Shown: positions 53,288-62,725 of the stretch, in pieces
Layout of the letters: every line of letters begins with the position of its first letter
How positions within the stretch are numbered: position 1 is the stretch's first letter
From: an uncultured archaeon
GTDB lineage: Archaea > Aenigmatarchaeota > Aenigmatarchaeia > PWEA01 > JAGHBM01
Length of the DNA stretch: 64,000 nt
Assembly: GCA_964584335.1 (NCBI GenBank)
Contig: CAZOZN010000001.1
Coordinates: 115,882-179,881, forward strand
Direction of reading: 5' to 3'
Notes under the pieces: generated by a model
Told to the model about the DNA's origin: nothing
What the model saw: the letters and a program-made list of their open reading frames with translations, nothing else
The model's database searches: none
Position numbers and translations under genes: made by a program

Positions 53288-53863
53288 TTATTCTTGTACA
53301 AACCATGGCTTGTTTTTTCTATATTTTTTGGCTTCATCTATCATAAAACTTCTAGTGCCTAATTCTCTCAAACTCCATTTTTCTCTGGTTAAAGGTATTC
53401 CATAAAGGAATTTTCTCGGGAAAAACAGTTCCGTGGTGTCCTCATCTACAAAAGTTTCGGTACCTCTTTCATAAGATTTTTTTGCAATTTTGTTTACACA
53501 GTCATATTGGTGGAAGCCCCCCAGAACCAGCCTCTCGTGATAATCTGGGAGCTGGTCTATAACGTAGTCCGGGTCAGCGTATCTCTTATTTTTTGTATGG
53601 TTTTCGAATGAAATACCAGCATTAATTATTCTGTCATCTTCATTTATTCTAACGTAGTTTGGTATTTTTGACAAATCGGGCTCATTTTCATTATCTTCTC
53701 TGCTGAATGTAAGCCAGTTTATTTCGTAATCATTTTCTCTGTATCTTGCGTCTATTATATCGAATAATTCACCTATTTCGAATTTGTTTTTGTAAAATTT
53801 TTTTGACAGTATTATATTATTAAAATATTCTTCTACAGGATAGAGAAACATGTACTGATTCAT
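53288..53863 (-). CDS. Hypothetical protein
   Basis: 191-aa ORF; LVLGGFHQYDCV...VDEDTTE is weakly isochorismatase-like. Confidence 0.6.
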   Translation of the reverse strand: MNQYMFLYPVEEYFNNIILSKKFYKNKFEIGELFDIIDARYRENDYEINWLTFSREDNENEPDLSKIPNYVRINEDDRIINAGISFENHTKNKRYADPDYVIDQLPDYHERLVLGGFHQYDCVNKIAKKSYERGTETFVDEDTTELFFPRKFLYGIPLTREKWSLRELGTRSFMIDEAKKYRKNKPWFVQE

Positions 53864-53940
53864 AAAAAATGCTATTTTTTGAGAAATTTAAGCTTAAACA
53901 ATAGTGAATTTTTTAATATATTATAGTCACAACACAAAAC

Positions 53941-53972
53941 TATATAAATGGTAGTGACTATATTAGTCACTA
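53941..53972 (+). promoter_or_regulatory. TATA box followed by a perfect 9-3-9 inverted repeat (candidate repressor operator) upstream of trxA
   Basis: TATATAAA at 53941-53948; TAGTGACTA-TAT-TAGTCACTA at 53952-53972. Confidence 0.65.
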
Positions 53973-53982
53973 TCGTGATTTA

Positions 53983-54390
53983 ATGGACAAAGAACTCAAA
54001 GAAATAAGAAAGAAAAAACTTGAAAAGATGATGGAAAAAATCAATAATGGAAATAAAACGGAGGTTTTTAAAATGGATGTTACAGATAATGATTTTAATG
54101 AAAAGGTAATAGAAAAATCTAAGGAGGTTCCTGTTGTTGTTGATTTTTGGGCTTCATGGTGTATGCCTTGCAAAATACTAAAACCGGTTTTGGAAAAGAT
54201 CGCAGAAGAATATCAAGGAAAATTCGTTCTTGCAAAGGTCAACGTGGATGATGCAAGAAAAACTTCAACGGAGTACGGAATAATGAGCATACCTTCTGTT
54301 AAGATGTTTAAGGAAGGCGAGGTTGTTGACGAATTCATGGGAGCACAACCAGAAACCAAAATTAAAGAATGGTTGAACGACAACATATAG
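53983..54390 (+). CDS. trxA: Thioredoxin
   Basis: VVDFWASWCMPC, IMSIP; archaeal-type ELKEIRKKKL N-extension. Confidence 0.95.
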   Translation: MDKELKEIRKKKLEKMMEKINNGNKTEVFKMDVTDNDFNEKVIEKSKEVPVVVDFWASWCMPCKILKPVLEKIAEEYQGKFVLAKVNVDDARKTSTEYGIMSIPSVKMFKEGEVVDEFMGAQPETKIKEWLNDNI

Positions 54391-54398
54391 GTGTTTTT

Positions 54399-55316
54399 AT
54401 GTCTTACGACTTGATTGTCTTGGGTAAAGGGCCCGCGGGAATATCTGCTGCCATATACGCAAAGAGATATAATATGAAAGTTTTAGTAATAGGGTCACAA
54501 CCCAGCACTATATCTGAATCTGGTGAAGTTTCAAATTACATGGGTTATCCCTCTATTTCGGGAATAGAGTTATCTGATAAGTTTGAAGAGCATGCGAAGG
54601 AGCTGGAAATAGAGATAATAACCGAGAAGATAACAAAAATAGAAAAAAACAAAGATAATTTTTTTGTTTTTACAGAACAGGGGAAATACGAATCCAGAAC
54701 CTTGGTTTACGCTTTGGGAGGGGTTAAAAGAAAATCCGGACTCGAGAATGAAAAAGATTTCATAGGCAGGGGTATAAGTTATTGTGCTACATGTGACGGT
54801 GCTTTTTTCAAGGACAAAATTGTTGCTGTAACCGGTGGCAGCAACTCGGCAGCTACTTCGGCAATTCTTCTTTCAAATATAGCAAAGAAGGTATATGTAG
54901 TTTACAGAAGGGACAGTATGAGATGTTTTCCCTTTTACGAGAAAAAGATAAGAAAAAAAGAAAACGTTGAAGTTATTTTTAATTCAAATATAGTAAAAAT
55001 AAAAGGGGACAAATTGCTGGAAAGTGCTGTTGTAAGAAACATAACAACAGGAGAAGAGACTGAACTGGATTTAGACGGAATATTTGTTGAATTTGGTTAT
55101 ACTCCCAATTTCAAGTTGGCGAAAGAGTTCGGAGTTAAGGTCAATGATAAAGGCAGAATAATAGTCGGTGATGACATGTCCACAAACATAGATTGTTTTT
55201 TTGCAGCCGGTGATGTTACGGATGGCAGTAATTCATTCGACCAGGTTGTTACAGCAGCATCAGAAGGTGCTATTGCCTCGCAGTCTGCTTATAAAAAAAT
55301 TTCGGAGAGTGATTAG
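54399..55316 (+). CDS. trxB: Thioredoxin reductase
   Basis: G.GPAGISAAIY, GRGISYCATCDG, GGSNSA, FAAGDV. Confidence 0.93.
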   Translation: MSYDLIVLGKGPAGISAAIYAKRYNMKVLVIGSQPSTISESGEVSNYMGYPSISGIELSDKFEEHAKELEIEIITEKITKIEKNKDNFFVFTEQGKYESRTLVYALGGVKRKSGLENEKDFIGRGISYCATCDGAFFKDKIVAVTGGSNSAATSAILLSNIAKKVYVVYRRDSMRCFPFYEKKIRKKENVEVIFNSNIVKIKGDKLLESAVVRNITTGEETELDLDGIFVEFGYTPNFKLAKEFGVKVNDKGRIIVGDDMSTNIDCFFAAGDVTDGSNSFDQVVTAASEGAIASQSAYKKISESD

Positions 55317-56525
55317 ATGGTTTTTGAGAATATATCCAAAACTTTTAAGAAAGTTTCTGATTTGATGGAACTTAATCAGGTTGAAAATAAAGTGATTAAA
55401 TCTTTCAAGAGAATTAAAAAAGAGGTAATCGAAGTAAACGGCAAGAAGTATGATTCTTGGAGAATAGTTCATAATGATTCTTTGGGCCCGGGTAAAGGCG
55501 GAATCAGGTTTCATCCAAATGTTTCGGAAGACGAGGTAAAGTCCCTGGCTTTTTGGATGAGTATTAAGAACTCTCTAGCAGGTCTTCCCTATGGGGGTGC
55601 AAAGGGTGGAGTAAAGTTAAACCCAAAAGAAATGACAAAGGATGAAATTGAGGAAGTTAGCAGGCAATTTATAAGAAAGTATTATGATTTTCTTGGGCAG
55701 GATATTGATATACCAGCTCCCGATGTTTATACAAATTCCGAGATAATGGGATGGATGCTTGACGAGTACGAGAAGATAAAAAAAGAACACGAGCCCGGTA
55801 TGATAACAGGCAAGCCTCTGGAACTTCAGGGCTGTGAACTTAGAAAAAGGGCGACTGCCAAGGGAGGTTATATAGTTTTCAAGGAAATGGTATCAAAACT
55901 AAAAAACAAGGATGTTACTATAGCTGTCCAGGGATTTGGAAATGCAGGATATAATTTTGCTCAGATGGCACATAACGACGGTTTCAAGGTTGTTGCAGTT
56001 AGCGACAGTAAAGGCGGCACCCAAGAGATGAAGGGGCTCAACATATCTAAAATTAAGAAGGTAAAGGATGAGAAGGGTTCTGTAATTGATTATGATACAA
56101 AAAAAATAACTAACGAAGAGTTGCTTGAGATGAATGTTGACTTTCTGGTTTTGGCAGCACTGGAAAACCAGATAACAAAAGACAATGTCGATAAGGTAAA
56201 TGCAGATTTTATAATAGAATTGGCAAACGGTCCCGTGACCAGCGATGCAAGCGAATATTTGTATAACAAAGGTAAGACTGTAGTACCTGACATACTTGCA
56301 AATGCCGGAGGGGTTATAGGCAGTTATTTTGAGTGGGTTCAGAACAAGATTGGAAATATTTTTGAGGAGGAGTATCTGGAAGAAAGACTTGAAAACAAGA
56401 TGAAGTGCAATTTTCATAAGGTCTATAACATGCATCTCGAGAAGAATATAGACATGAGGACCTCAGCATATTTGATTGCAGTTGGGAGAATACTTGAAGC
56501 AGAAAAAGCAAGGGGTAATTTATGA
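55317..56525 (+). CDS. gdhA: Glutamate dehydrogenase
   Basis: GPGKGGIRFHP, GGAKGG, DIPAPD, ITGKP, VQGFGNAG, ELANGP, PDILANAGGV. Confidence 0.95.
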   Translation: MVFENISKTFKKVSDLMELNQVENKVIKSFKRIKKEVIEVNGKKYDSWRIVHNDSLGPGKGGIRFHPNVSEDEVKSLAFWMSIKNSLAGLPYGGAKGGVKLNPKEMTKDEIEEVSRQFIRKYYDFLGQDIDIPAPDVYTNSEIMGWMLDEYEKIKKEHEPGMITGKPLELQGCELRKRATAKGGYIVFKEMVSKLKNKDVTIAVQGFGNAGYNFAQMAHNDGFKVVAVSDSKGGTQEMKGLNISKIKKVKDEKGSVIDYDTKKITNEELLEMNVDFLVLAALENQITKDNVDKVNADFIIELANGPVTSDASEYLYNKGKTVVPDILANAGGVIGSYFEWVQNKIGNIFEEEYLEERLENKMKCNFHKVYNMHLEKNIDMRTSAYLIAVGRILEAEKARGNL

Positions 56526-56870
56526 ATGATTAGGTTTGCTTGCAAGGTTATAGACAAGCAGGATATAGTCAGATGTGCTTTTGACCTTAACAAGACTGAA
56601 TACAATGTACTTGTTTTTTTCTTTAAGAATCCCAGGGATAACACTGCCAAAAAGGTTTCGGACAGTATTGGCCTTGAGAGAACTACTGTTCAGAAGGCAT
56701 TTAAGAAATTGCTCAGAAAGAAAATAATAAAAAGAAAAAAGAAAAATTTAGAAAAGGGTGGTTATATTTTTCTTTATGAATTGAATGATAAAAATATCGT
56801 AAAAAAAAGAATAAAGGATACGATTTCCGAATGGTATAAAAATGCAATAAGGAAAATCGATGATATTTAG
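56526..56870 (+). CDS. TrmB-like winged-HTH transcriptional regulator with two N-terminal Cys
   Basis: FACK..IVRCAFDLNKTE..., LERTTVQKA...GGY.F.Y. Confidence 0.85.
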   Translation: MIRFACKVIDKQDIVRCAFDLNKTEYNVLVFFFKNPRDNTAKKVSDSIGLERTTVQKAFKKLLRKKIIKRKKKNLEKGGYIFLYELNDKNIVKKRIKDTISEWYKNAIRKIDDI

Positions 56871-56878
56871 GTGATTTT

Positions 56879-57409
56879 TTGATTGAAGTAGAAGCTAGGA
56901 GTTTTATATCGAAAGAAAAGTACGATGAACTTGTTGAATTTATGAAAGAGAATGCTGATTTTTTGGGTGATGATAATCAAATAACATACTATTTTTCGGG
57001 AGAAAAAGACCTCAGGATACAGAAAAGTAAGAATTTTTCAAAGATATGGCTTAAGAAAGGAAAGATACATGATAATCACAGGGAAGAGATAGAGATAAAG
57101 TTTGACAGAGATGATTTTGTAAAGATTGAAAATATTTTTAAGATTCTTGGCTACGAAATTGATATAAAATGGTTTAGGGATAGAAAAAGATTTGATTGGA
57201 ATGGAATAAAAGTAACAATAGACCATACGAAGGGTTACGGTTTCATAATAGAACTGGAAAAGCTTACAGAAAATGAGGATGAAAAAGAGAAGATATACGC
57301 CGAACTCGAGGAAAAATTAAGGGAACTGGGAGTGAAAATAACACCTAAGGAGATTTTTAAAGAAAAATATGATAATTACAAAAATAACTGGAGAAAAATT
57401 GTTGCTTGA
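56879..57409 (+). CDS. CYTH domain protein
   Basis: IEVE.R, DLRI, REEIE, TID...YG..IELE. Confidence 0.9.
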   Translation: MIEVEARSFISKEKYDELVEFMKENADFLGDDNQITYYFSGEKDLRIQKSKNFSKIWLKKGKIHDNHREEIEIKFDRDDFVKIENIFKILGYEIDIKWFRDRKRFDWNGIKVTIDHTKGYGFIIELEKLTENEDEKEKIYAELEEKLRELGVKITPKEIFKEKYDNYKNNWRKIVA

Positions 57410-57410
57410 T

Positions 57411-57599
57411 TTATTCTTCAGTATTTATGGGAATTAAGTTAGGTTTTTTTATCTTATCCAAGTAACCGCACCCCGAACAGGTATAATCACCCCATTCTTT
57501 ACCTTTCTTTGTACAGTTACCTTCTCTTTCATTGTAGTTTTTGCAGAAATATTCCGTATCTGTTATACCAAGTATAATGTATTTTTTGTTCGTAATCAC
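57411..57599 (-). CDS. Small Cys-containing hypothetical protein
   Basis: 62 aa with four Cys (C..Y...C...CSGC); fills the gap. Confidence 0.45.
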   Translation of the reverse strand: MITNKKYIILGITDTEYFCKNYNEREGNCTKKGKEWGDYTCSGCGYLDKIKKPNLIPINTEE

Positions 57600-57661
57600 A
57601 GTTATAAAATATCCGAGAAGTTATTTAAACTTTAAATTTAAACAATTGTTTTATTAAGTGA

Positions 57662-58072
57662 GTGAATATGGATTACGAAGTTTTATTGGAAAGGGCTGAA
57701 GAAAAGATATCGAAAGAGCTTACCAACGATGGCAGATTCAAAATACCTGATTCTGAATTGCTTTTGCAGGGTAAGAGTACTATAATAGTGAACTTTTTTG
57801 AGATATCCGATACCCTTGGCAGAGACCCCAAACATCTCCTTAAATATCTTTCTAAACAGCTTGCGGCTTCCGGCGAGATTTCCGGCAAGCAGGCCAAGTT
57901 TATAGGCAAGTTTAATAAAAAACAGATAGAAAGCAAAATAGACAGTTATGCAAAAGATTATGTTTTTTGTCCTGTTTGTGGAAAGCCGGACACGAAGATA
58001 GTTAGCGAAGAAGGCATCAGGAAAATGAAGTGCGAGGCCTGTGGTTCAAAAAGGTTTGTAAAGAAGTTGTAA
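57662..58072 (+). CDS. eif2b: Translation initiation factor 2 subunit beta
   Basis: DYE.LL.RA, RF.IP, T.I.NF, RDP.HLLKYL, CPVCGKPDT..CEACG. Confidence 0.95.
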   Translation: MNMDYEVLLERAEEKISKELTNDGRFKIPDSELLLQGKSTIIVNFFEISDTLGRDPKHLLKYLSKQLAASGEISGKQAKFIGKFNKKQIESKIDSYAKDYVFCPVCGKPDTKIVSEEGIRKMKCEACGSKRFVKKL

Positions 58073-58074
58073 AA

Positions 58075-58365
58075 ATGTTTTCTTACAGAATTTTCAGGGA
58101 GAAAAAAGAAGTTTTGGTTGCTGTTTGTGATAAAGAAATTCTAGGCAATGAAATAGATGCCGATAAAAAAGTAAATGTGAGCGAAAAATTCTACGGGGGA
58201 GAATTTTGTACCGAAGAAGAGTTGAAGAAGATTTTAAGTGAAGCTACAATAATAAATGCAATTGGCAATAATGTGGTAAATTTTTTAATTTCCGAGGGTA
58301 TAGCATCAAGTGAGGGTACGATTAAAGTTGGTGGTGTTTTGCATGCGCAAATTTTTACAGTCTAA
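58075..58365 (+). CDS. DUF424 family protein
   Basis: LVAVCDKEILG, FYGG, ATIINAIG, GV.HAQ. Confidence 0.9.
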   Translation: MFSYRIFREKKEVLVAVCDKEILGNEIDADKKVNVSEKFYGGEFCTEEELKKILSEATIINAIGNNVVNFLISEGIASSEGTIKVGGVLHAQIFTV

Positions 58366-58735
58366 AGGGCAGTTTTTCTTTATATCTCTTATGCTGATAA
58401 TAATTTTTATATCCGGCTTGCAGGTTCTTTTTTCCAGTTTTTCTGAGATAGACCAGGGAGAGGCATTTTCAAATCAGGAGGATTTTTGGTTTTGGAATGT
58501 AAAAAGTCAGGTCACAAGATCTCTTAAAGAAAGGGATTGTCCTGAACTGGATTCCGATTTCGATGAAATAAGATATCTAACTAAGACATATCTTGCTAAA
58601 AAGGGGATAGAATTGAGACTGGATAATGATACTGCAATATGTATTGGAAATAATAAGCAAGCTGTTGTCAATATTATAATTAATATGACTTCGGAAAATA
58701 TAAATTTCTACGAAAATTTTACTGTTAATACTTAA
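58343..58735 (+). CDS. Orphan pilin-like protein (class III signal peptide)
   Basis: MRKFLQSKG|QFFFISLMLIIIFISGL. Confidence 0.65.
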   Translation: MRKFLQSKGQFFFISLMLIIIFISGLQVLFSSFSEIDQGEAFSNQEDFWFWNVKSQVTRSLKERDCPELDSDFDEIRYLTKTYLAKKGIELRLDNDTAICIGNNKQAVVNIIINMTSENINFYENFTVNT

Positions 58736-59924
58736 TCATCTTTAAGTCTTCGTTTTCAAAACCGAACTCTTTTTTGAATTCTTCTTTCCATTTTTTGTTC
58801 TTTAACATTATCTTAAAGAAAGGAAAATAATCCTTCATCATTACCTTCGAGGACACATGAAGTTTTTTACCTATAATTTCGCATATTTCTTTTACCTGTT
58901 TTCTTGAAGCTTTTGTAGAGCCGTACATGGCAAGCCTTTTTGGTGGCCTGTATGGACTGAATTTTTTGTACATCTCTTTTTTAGAAATTGATATACCGCC
59001 ACACATAATATCTATCATATATTTTTTGAATCTCCAGTTTTGCCTTACCCTTACTTTGCTCCTAAACAAGTCTGCTATGCTAAGATAGTCGAATGCCTTT
59101 GCAATTTCTTTCGGTTTTTCATATTCTGTGGTGATGTTTTGTTCTATCCACCAGAATATTTCGTCAGGATCCTTGTCAACATTTCTCATTATTCCGATTG
59201 AGTTCTTTATGTTCCTGGTCTTGAATATTACCTTTAATACGTCAAAAATATTTTGCTTGCTCTCTCTGTATCCAAGAACCCCTATATCTTTTTCGCATAT
59301 TTTTTTATTTCCTCTGCCAAGAGTTTCCAGGTCGTTTATTGCAGACCTCATATCTCCTCCGGCCTCTCTTGCTATTCTTTTTATTAGCGCCCTGTCACAT
59401 TCAATACTTTCGTTTTCACATATTTCGCATAACCTCTTGGTCATGCTATTTAGATGAACTGTACCGAATTTTATCAGTTCACAGTAATTTCTTAATGACC
59501 TTAATTTTTTGTTGTAAGCATCATTAGCGGTCAAAACCATTGGAAACTTGCTTTCTTTTATTATTTTTATCAGAGTCTTTACTCCTCCCCTGTCTGACCT
59601 TCCCGACAAACCGTCGACCTCATCTATAAGTATTATTTTACCTCTGTTGAAGAGACTCATCTGCTTGGATGAGTGTCCTATACTTTCTTCTATACCTTCT
59701 GCGTTTCTAACATCACTGGCATTTATCTCTATAAGCTCCAGATTTTTTTCTTTAGCTAATGCGTATACAGAAGAAGTTTTTCCTCTTCCTGTTTTTCCCC
59801 AAAGAAGAGCCTGTTTGCCTCCTATTTTCCAGTTTTTGTACCATTTTTCAAAATCAATCAAAGCTCTCTGTCCAACTACTTCTTCAAGTTTTTTTGGCTT
59901 ATATTTTTCCGTCCAAGAATTCAT
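58725..59924 (-). CDS. rfcL: Replication factor C large subunit
   Basis: WTEKYKP, Walker A GKTGRGKT, EINASD.R, IDEVDG, GDMRSAINDL. Confidence 0.93.
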   Translation of the reverse strand: MNSWTEKYKPKKLEEVVGQRALIDFEKWYKNWKIGGKQALLWGKTGRGKTSSVYALAKEKNLELIEINASDVRNAEGIEESIGHSSKQMSLFNRGKIILIDEVDGLSGRSDRGGVKTLIKIIKESKFPMVLTANDAYNKKLRSLRNYCELIKFGTVHLNSMTKRLCEICENESIECDRALIKRIAREAGGDMRSAINDLETLGRGNKKICEKDIGVLGYRESKQNIFDVLKVIFKTRNIKNSIGIMRNVDKDPDEIFWWIEQNITTEYEKPKEIAKAFDYLSIADLFRSKVRVRQNWRFKKYMIDIMCGGISISKKEMYKKFSPYRPPKRLAMYGSTKASRKQVKEICEIIGKKLHVSSKVMMKDYFPFFKIMLKNKKWKEEFKKEFGFENEDLKMIKY

Positions 59925-59956
59925 GTGTATAATTAGAATGATTAACTAATAAATTT

Positions 59957-60484
59957 TCATGCCACTTTTCTTGGCTCTAAATCTATAGTTTCTTTTTTAG
60001 CTTGCTTCAAGGAATCAGTTCCCAATTCATTTCTATATATACTGTAAACATGCCCGTTATTTCCTGTTTTACATATTGCGAGAAGGTCTCCTATCTTATT
60101 CTTGAATGCCTTGTAATTCATCTTTCTGCTTATAGCAACTTTTGTAGGATTTGATATGTTTCCATAGGCAGTGGGATATACTGTTTCATAACCAACATGT
60201 TCTCCCAAAAAAAGGTCTTTTTCCGAGATATCTTCTTCCGAAAAATTGTCTGTGTAAAAAACCTCTATTCGTTTTTTTTCGTTAAAATATCTAGGATCTT
60301 TTATCCTGATTGCAGCCTCTATTTCATAGTCTTTTGAAATTGCAACCAGACCCCGGTTTTCCATAAAATCCATTTTTTCATTTATTACATCCGGTAAAGT
60401 TTTTTTGTCATTGTTTCCAGAAAACTCTGCAGGGTTGTCTATAGAAAAATATTCTATCACACTCTTTATAGGTGTATAACCCAT
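59957..60484 (-). CDS. Hypothetical protein
   Basis: 175-aa ORF; no motif recognised. Confidence 0.55.
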   Translation of the reverse strand: MGYTPIKSVIEYFSIDNPAEFSGNNDKKTLPDVINEKMDFMENRGLVAISKDYEIEAAIRIKDPRYFNEKKRIEVFYTDNFSEEDISEKDLFLGEHVGYETVYPTAYGNISNPTKVAISRKMNYKAFKNKIGDLLAICKTGNNGHVYSIYRNELGTDSLKQAKKETIDLEPRKVA

Positions 60485-60565
60485 GACTATTATATAGTAG
60501 TGAATAATATATAAATGTTTCCCCTTTTAATCCTTTATTAACTTCTTTTACCAATTTAATTTTGG

Positions 60566-61417
60566 GTGGTGTGCTTGATTATAAGAAATCCTATTGCTTT
60601 AGGCTCCTTTTATCCCAGAAGTTCTTCTGATTTGAGAACAACAATAGAAAGATTTATGAGAAGAGCTGGTACTGTCACAAAAAGGAATGTAATGGGCATG
60701 GTTTCTCCTCATGCAGGTTACGTTTACTGCGGCAAGACGCAGGCTTCTGTTTACAAGTCAATACTCGAGAACACCACTTTTGTTATAATAGGACCCAACC
60801 ACATGGGTCTTGGTTCAAAGGCTTCTATAATGTGTTCCGGTGTTTGGAAGACTCCTCTTGGTTCTTGCAGAATAGATTCAGATTTAGCCAGGCAGATTCT
60901 TGAAAAAAGTAAATTCTTGGAAGAAGACTTGCATGCACACACACAGGAACATTCCATAGAAGTGCAGCTACCTTGGCTTCAGTATATGTTTAACAATGTA
61001 AGTTTTGTGCCTATATCAGTCGGGTCTTCTAAGCGTGAAGTGTACAGGGATATAGGAAACTCTATAAAAGAATCTGTTATAGGAAATACAATAATAATAG
61101 CTTCTTCGGACTTTACTCATTTCGGTGAAAGCTACGGTTACACTCCTGTATCAGGGGGACCCGGTAATGTTTTGGATTATATAGAAAACGTGGACCTTGA
61201 GGCGGCAAGGGCAGTGGAGGAAAGGGCACCGGAGAGATTTTTGGAAGTAGTCGATAAACACAAGGCCACAATATGTGGAAAAGGTGCTATTGCTGCAATG
61301 CTTTATTCAGTAAAAGACCGTGCGACCAGAGGTACTATTGTGGACTACTCAACTTCTTATGATGTCTCTAGGGATATTAACTCGGTTGTAGGTTATTGTG
61401 GCATAGTTTTGGAATAA
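60566..61417 (+). CDS. amrB: MEMO1 family / AmmeMemoRadiSam system protein B
   Basis: G.FYP, SPHAGYVY.G, GPNH, EHSIEVQLP, ASSDFTH, TICG, VGY. Confidence 0.93.
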   Translation: MVCLIIRNPIALGSFYPRSSSDLRTTIERFMRRAGTVTKRNVMGMVSPHAGYVYCGKTQASVYKSILENTTFVIIGPNHMGLGSKASIMCSGVWKTPLGSCRIDSDLARQILEKSKFLEEDLHAHTQEHSIEVQLPWLQYMFNNVSFVPISVGSSKREVYRDIGNSIKESVIGNTIIIASSDFTHFGESYGYTPVSGGPGNVLDYIENVDLEAARAVEERAPERFLEVVDKHKATICGKGAIAAMLYSVKDRATRGTIVDYSTSYDVSRDINSVVGYCGIVLE

Positions 61418-61654
61418 CTATTTCTTTTTTTCATCCTTTTTTGGTATAAGATGAATACGGTCTACTATTAGCTCTCCTATTGCCGCAAAAGGTATTGCAA
61501 CAAGAGTGACTATGTATATTACTTTCCAGGTCAGGGGCTCGCCCGTTGCTAGAGTTATCGCAAGCATATCCTCTACGATTCCCATCGCCACTCCGAAAAT
61601 AAGGAATTCCAAGAAAACTTCCAATCTTTTTCTGTTCATGAAAACTAAATGCAT
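61418..61654 (-). CDS. Small membrane protein
   Basis: EFLIFG..MG..ED.LAI...AIPFA..GELIVD; two TMs; start may be the internal ATG (MNRK). Confidence 0.65.
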   Translation of the reverse strand: MHLVFMNRKRLEVFLEFLIFGVAMGIVEDMLAITLATGEPLTWKVIYIVTLVAIPFAAIGELIVDRIHLIPKKDEKKK

Positions 61655-61670
61655 TACATTATTTAAATTC

Positions 61671-61952
61671 TTAAAATTCGTACATATGTTTCTTTAGATT
61701 TATCCTGCCTTTTTTTATCTCTATACCGTCTTTCTTGAGAAGCAATTCTTTTTTCTTTTTGCCCAGTTTATATCCTCCTATTTCACCGTTGCTTCTCACT
61801 ATCTTGTAACAAGGATATTCTCTGGTATTTTTATTTAAGCTAAGAATCTTTCCCAATGCTCTGGGATGAATACCTGTAACATTGGATATAGACTTATATG
61901 TAGAAACCTTTCCCTTTGGGATTTTTTTGAGAAGCTTGTATATATTTTTCAT
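61671..61952 (-). CDS. ogt: MGMT/Ogt-family DNA alkyltransferase domain protein with a variant motif
   Basis: IPKGKVSTY, PRALG..L..N, PCYKIV.S.G..GGY, K..LL..DG. Confidence 0.85.
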   Translation of the reverse strand: MKNIYKLLKKIPKGKVSTYKSISNVTGIHPRALGKILSLNKNTREYPCYKIVRSNGEIGGYKLGKKKKELLLKKDGIEIKKGRINLKKHMYEF

Positions 61953-62095
61953 TCTAAGTATTCCCAGTTTCCTTTTGCCTTTTCCCAGAAATTTCTTATA
62001 TTTTCTTGCATTTTGTATATGTTTTCGTCATTTTCAAATCCAGAATAAATCGCATCTCCGGGGTTTAAGTTTTCACTTTCTTGTGAGCTCATCAT
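61949..62095 (-). CDS. 48-aa hypothetical protein (not in ORF track)
   Basis: MMSSQESENLNPGDAIYSGFENDENIYKMQENIRNFWEKAKGNWEYLE*; SD GAGGTGA; ATGA overlap with the ogt start. Confidence 0.6.
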   Translation of the reverse strand: MMSSQESENLNPGDAIYSGFENDENIYKMQENIRNFWEKAKGNWEYLE

Positions 62096-62226
62096 ACAAA
62101 TCACCTCTTAAATTTTAAGGTAGTGTCCTCTCATAGAGAAAAACACAAATGACACGGGGGCGCATCTAATACCGATTAATAAATGTTATCCAATCTATAA
62201 AAAACTATGTATACAAATCGCCGAAC

Positions 62227-62634
62227 TCATATGTGAATCTTATAATTTTCAAGAATATTTTCTTTGTCAGTCAGTCCGTAGAACTGAAATTTTGCTCTGT
62301 ATTTTTTCATTCTGGTGCCTTTTTCTTTTATTTCTTTTGAGTTTATCTTACCGACTAAAGCAAGAGCATTTGGTTCTGAATCAATTTCTTTGCCGGAGTA
62401 ATCTCTTATCTTTTTGGTTTTTACCGCACTAAACAAATTTTTACCTATCTCTCTTATGCTTGGTGCCCAAGTCCTTTCATAATCTATTGGCTCGCCAATT
62501 TTTTCCAAATCCAACTCACCTGATTTTATTTTTTCTGTTATATTCTTTTCTTTGTAAAAAGAATAACCCCGCCAACTGGGCTTTTCTACTAAAAAGGTTT
62601 CTTCTCCGCTTATCCTAAGGAAATACTTTACCAT
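62227..62634 (-). CDS. Hypothetical protein
   Basis: 135-aa ORF; no motif recognised. Confidence 0.55.
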   Translation of the reverse strand: MVKYFLRISGEETFLVEKPSWRGYSFYKEKNITEKIKSGELDLEKIGEPIDYERTWAPSIREIGKNLFSAVKTKKIRDYSGKEIDSEPNALALVGKINSKEIKEKGTRMKKYRAKFQFYGLTDKENILENYKIHI

Positions 62635-62725
62635 AATTATATAGTGAACTAAAAACGATTTAAGTTTGGAAATCTCTTGAATTTAAGAAAATAGTTTTTT
62701 ATTTCTACTATACAAAGATTTTTAC

